DNA of 63,870 bases, taken from contig NC_057719.1 of assembly GCF_004010195.1 (NCBI RefSeq), positions 78,454,393-78,518,262 on the forward strand, written 5' to 3'. A program made the position numbers and the translations under genes. The notes below the pieces were generated by a model. It did not search any database. It was not told the DNA's origin and saw nothing but the letters and a program-made list of their open reading frames with translations. Origin of the DNA: Chiloscyllium plagiosum (taxonomy: Eukaryota). Positions 61,225 to 63,870 of this stretch are shown piece after piece. Each line of letters begins with the position of its first letter. The stretch's first letter is position 1.

Positions 61225-62600
61225 CCTTCCAGGATCTCTGTACATGTAAGTACCCAGATATGTTCTGACCATCCCACCCATCCTTTTGATTTATATGCTT
61301 TGTATTATATTGCTTTTTTCAGTTTTTGCTATCCAAAAATATTACTTCACACTTCTCTGCTTAAATTTCATCAACATGCCCATTCAGTCAACATGCCCTT
61401 TTGAAGTCTATCATTATCACAGTTCAAAATACTTAAAATTTTATGTGATATGCACATGTTGAAATTGTGTCTTGCACACTCTAGTGTAGCTCATTAATAT
61501 AAATCAAGAATCAATCTTAACACCACTTAACATCCCACTATAAACCTTCCTGCATCATGAAAAACAATGGTTCGCCATTACTTTGTGCTTCTTGTCACGA
61601 AGCCAACATTGTTTTATGATGTCATGTTCCCTCTATTTAATGAACATCAACTTTCTTGACAACCTGTTAGGTATTAGTGTAACAAAAGCCTTTAGGAAGT
61701 TGGTATACATCACATTAATTGTGCTATCCTTATTGATGCTCTCAGTTAACATATCTAAAAGCTCAATCAAGTTGGTTAAAGACAATTTGTCATTAACAAA
61801 TCCCTCCTGATCTGCTTTATTTAATCCATATTTATCCAGGTGACTGTTAATCTTGTCCTACATTATTATGTCTAATAGTTATCCTATCATCAATGTTAAA
61901 CTAGCATGGACTGGTTGGACCGAAGGGCCTGTTTCCCATACTGTGTGACTCTATGTGGTCATTGTGTTTATAAATGTTTTGAACAAAGGTGTAATGTTTC
62001 CCAATCTCCAAACCTCTGGCATCACCTCATCACCTAAGGACAAGAGCTTTCACAATTTTCACTCTCATTTCATTCAACAGCCTCAGATGCAACCCATCTG
62101 GCCTTGATGACTTAGATACTGACCATCATCCCTACTGACTCTTCATCAATTTTTACCAAACCCAGTATCTCAAGTCCCTCCTCTTTCACTATCATTTTAG
62201 CAGCATTGCCCTCCTTGGAAATGCTACACTAAAGTAGACATTTAATACCTCAGCCATGTCTTTGAGTTTCTGATTAGCCCACTTCTCCACTTACTAAACC
62301 TTGTACTATTTATATTCTATATAGGAAACTTTGAAACTCTTTTTTATGGTAGGTAGAAGTCTCTTCTCATATGTTTTCATTGCTCCCTTTACCTCTTTCT
62401 TTTTCCTACTTGACTTGAGCCTGGTGAACCTTTGCTTTATTACCTCAGTGCCAATGTATATATTTTTCTTAAGGAAACAGAAACTGAATATAGTACTCGA
62501 GACATTATCTCAGCAAGGCCCTGCATCACTGCAGTAAGACATTCTTGCTCCGATATGCAAATCATCTTGGAATAAAATCCACCTTACCATTTGCCTTCCT
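61225..62600 (-). mobile_element. Old CR1 ORF2 remnants
   Basis: Antisense DVYQLPKGF / GFVNDKLSLTNLIE-like decayed RT motifs; a small CR1 tail insert at about 61905-61955. Confidence 0.55.
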
Positions 62601-62714
62601 AATCATCGTTGGTCTGGAAGCATGCTGATTATGAAAATTATTCTGAACTTACTTCAAAATCTCCTCATTCTCTCTACCGTTTACAGCATTACTAGGTTGT
62701 ATTGGGATAATTAA

Positions 62715-63180
62715 AGCCCACCAGCGACAGTGAAAGAGCGGCGATATATTTCCAAGTCAGGATGATGGGTGGCTTTGAGGGGATCTTTCAGGTGGTAGTG
62801 TTCATATGTGTCTGCTGTCCTTGTCCTTCTAGATGGTTGTGGATGTTGAAGGTGCTCTCTCAGGAGCTTCAGTGAATTTCTGCATTGCGTCTTGCAGTTG
62901 GTACACACTGATGCATACCTTGTGCTGTTGTGAAGGGCGTGCATATTTGTGGATGTGGGTTGCTTTGTTCTGGATGGTGTCAAGCTTCTTGAGTGTTGTT
63001 GGAGTTGTACTAACTGGGTAAGTTGGGAGTATTGCATCACACTCCTGACATGTGCCTTTTAAGTAGTGGTTAGACTTTGCGGAGTTAGGAGGTGAGTTGC
63101 TCACTGTGCGATTCCTCTCCTCTTAGTTGCTCTTGTTGCTACAGTATTTATATGGCGAGAGCAGTTCAGTTTCTGGTAAT
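62715..63180 (-). mobile_element. 'Family B' LINE fragment
   Basis: PTTLKKLDTIQNKA; KATHHPDLEIYRRSFTVAG. Confidence 0.8.
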
Positions 63181-63689
63181 TTGATCAGATTAAACCATAC
63201 CCACTGAACCTTAGACGACTTCTGCACTGGAGATGCCTGGAGAAGGGTCTTCTATTATGAACTTGTTGGGGTATCCATGGACACAGCACTGAAAAGAATT
63301 GGTGTGGAAACCACACCCCAATTTACAGACATCAGTATGTCATGTTTCTGTGATTTCAAATGTCCAGCAGCATAGCCAGGTTCTTTTGACAGCTCCTGTG
63401 AAAGGGTGAGGATGCAAAGTATGTTTGAGGTTAGGATACAAGGTTCATAGGGTGCTGCGGAAGCAGGAGATAAAATGCCAAGGTGCTTAGGGTACAAAAT
63501 TTCTGGACAGCTGTGGGTAGTTTGGGGTTGGGAGCAGGGTGGCACTAGATCCACCCTAAGCTGGAGGTGATGATATGTATCTTTTTGTTTTTCTGAAATT
63601 TTGGCTGTGAATGAAATAGGGGTAGAGTGGTTTTTAATGCCAAGAATCACTGTATGGCGACTATTTGTTTTTGAAAAGAAGTAACAAAT

Positions 63690-63870
63690 GCTGCAGGAAG
63701 GATAGAAAGGGAGGCAGGAGAGGAGGGGGAGTGGTATTTTTGATAAGGGATAGCATTATAGCTGTGCTGAGGGAGGATATTCCCGGAAATACATCCAGGG
63801 AAGTTATTTGGGTGGAACTGAGAAATAAGAAAGGGATGATCACCTTATTAGGATTGTATTATAGACCCCC
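63690..63870 (+). pseudogene. CR1 endonuclease fragment running off the window
   Basis: RKDRKGGRRGGGVVFLIRD..EVIWVELRNKKGMITLLGLYYRP. Confidence 0.88.

Overview
This is eukaryotic, repeat-dominated genomic DNA from a cartilaginous fish. The HE1 V-SINE, CR1 (HER1-type) LINE, DeuSINE and Penelope repertoire points to an elasmobranch, probably a shark (inference). I could not identify any intact host gene, rRNA, tRNA or CRISPR array, so the window looks intergenic or like part of a large intron. The long ORFs I could recognise are decayed transposon frames or antisense SINE artefacts. Recognisable content: about 11 HE1 SINEs; many CR1 fragments (ORF1 esterase, APE endonuclease, RT, 3' ends); a second CR1-group LINE family with its partner SINE; L2, Rex1/Babar and Tx1 fragments; a Penelope GIY-YIG fragment; decayed Harbinger transposase and Myb/SANT genes; Tigger-type MITEs; and a clean 567-bp solo LTR. 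The most interesting signal is a set of short, hairpin-shaped Penelope-derived insertions with 13-15 bp target duplications (one case 167 bp) that carry minimal hammerhead-ribozyme cores (CTGAWGA-stem II-GAAA-NTH). The best-formed core is at 47840-47882. Family names come from motif recognition by eye, and the boundaries of old repeats are approximate.
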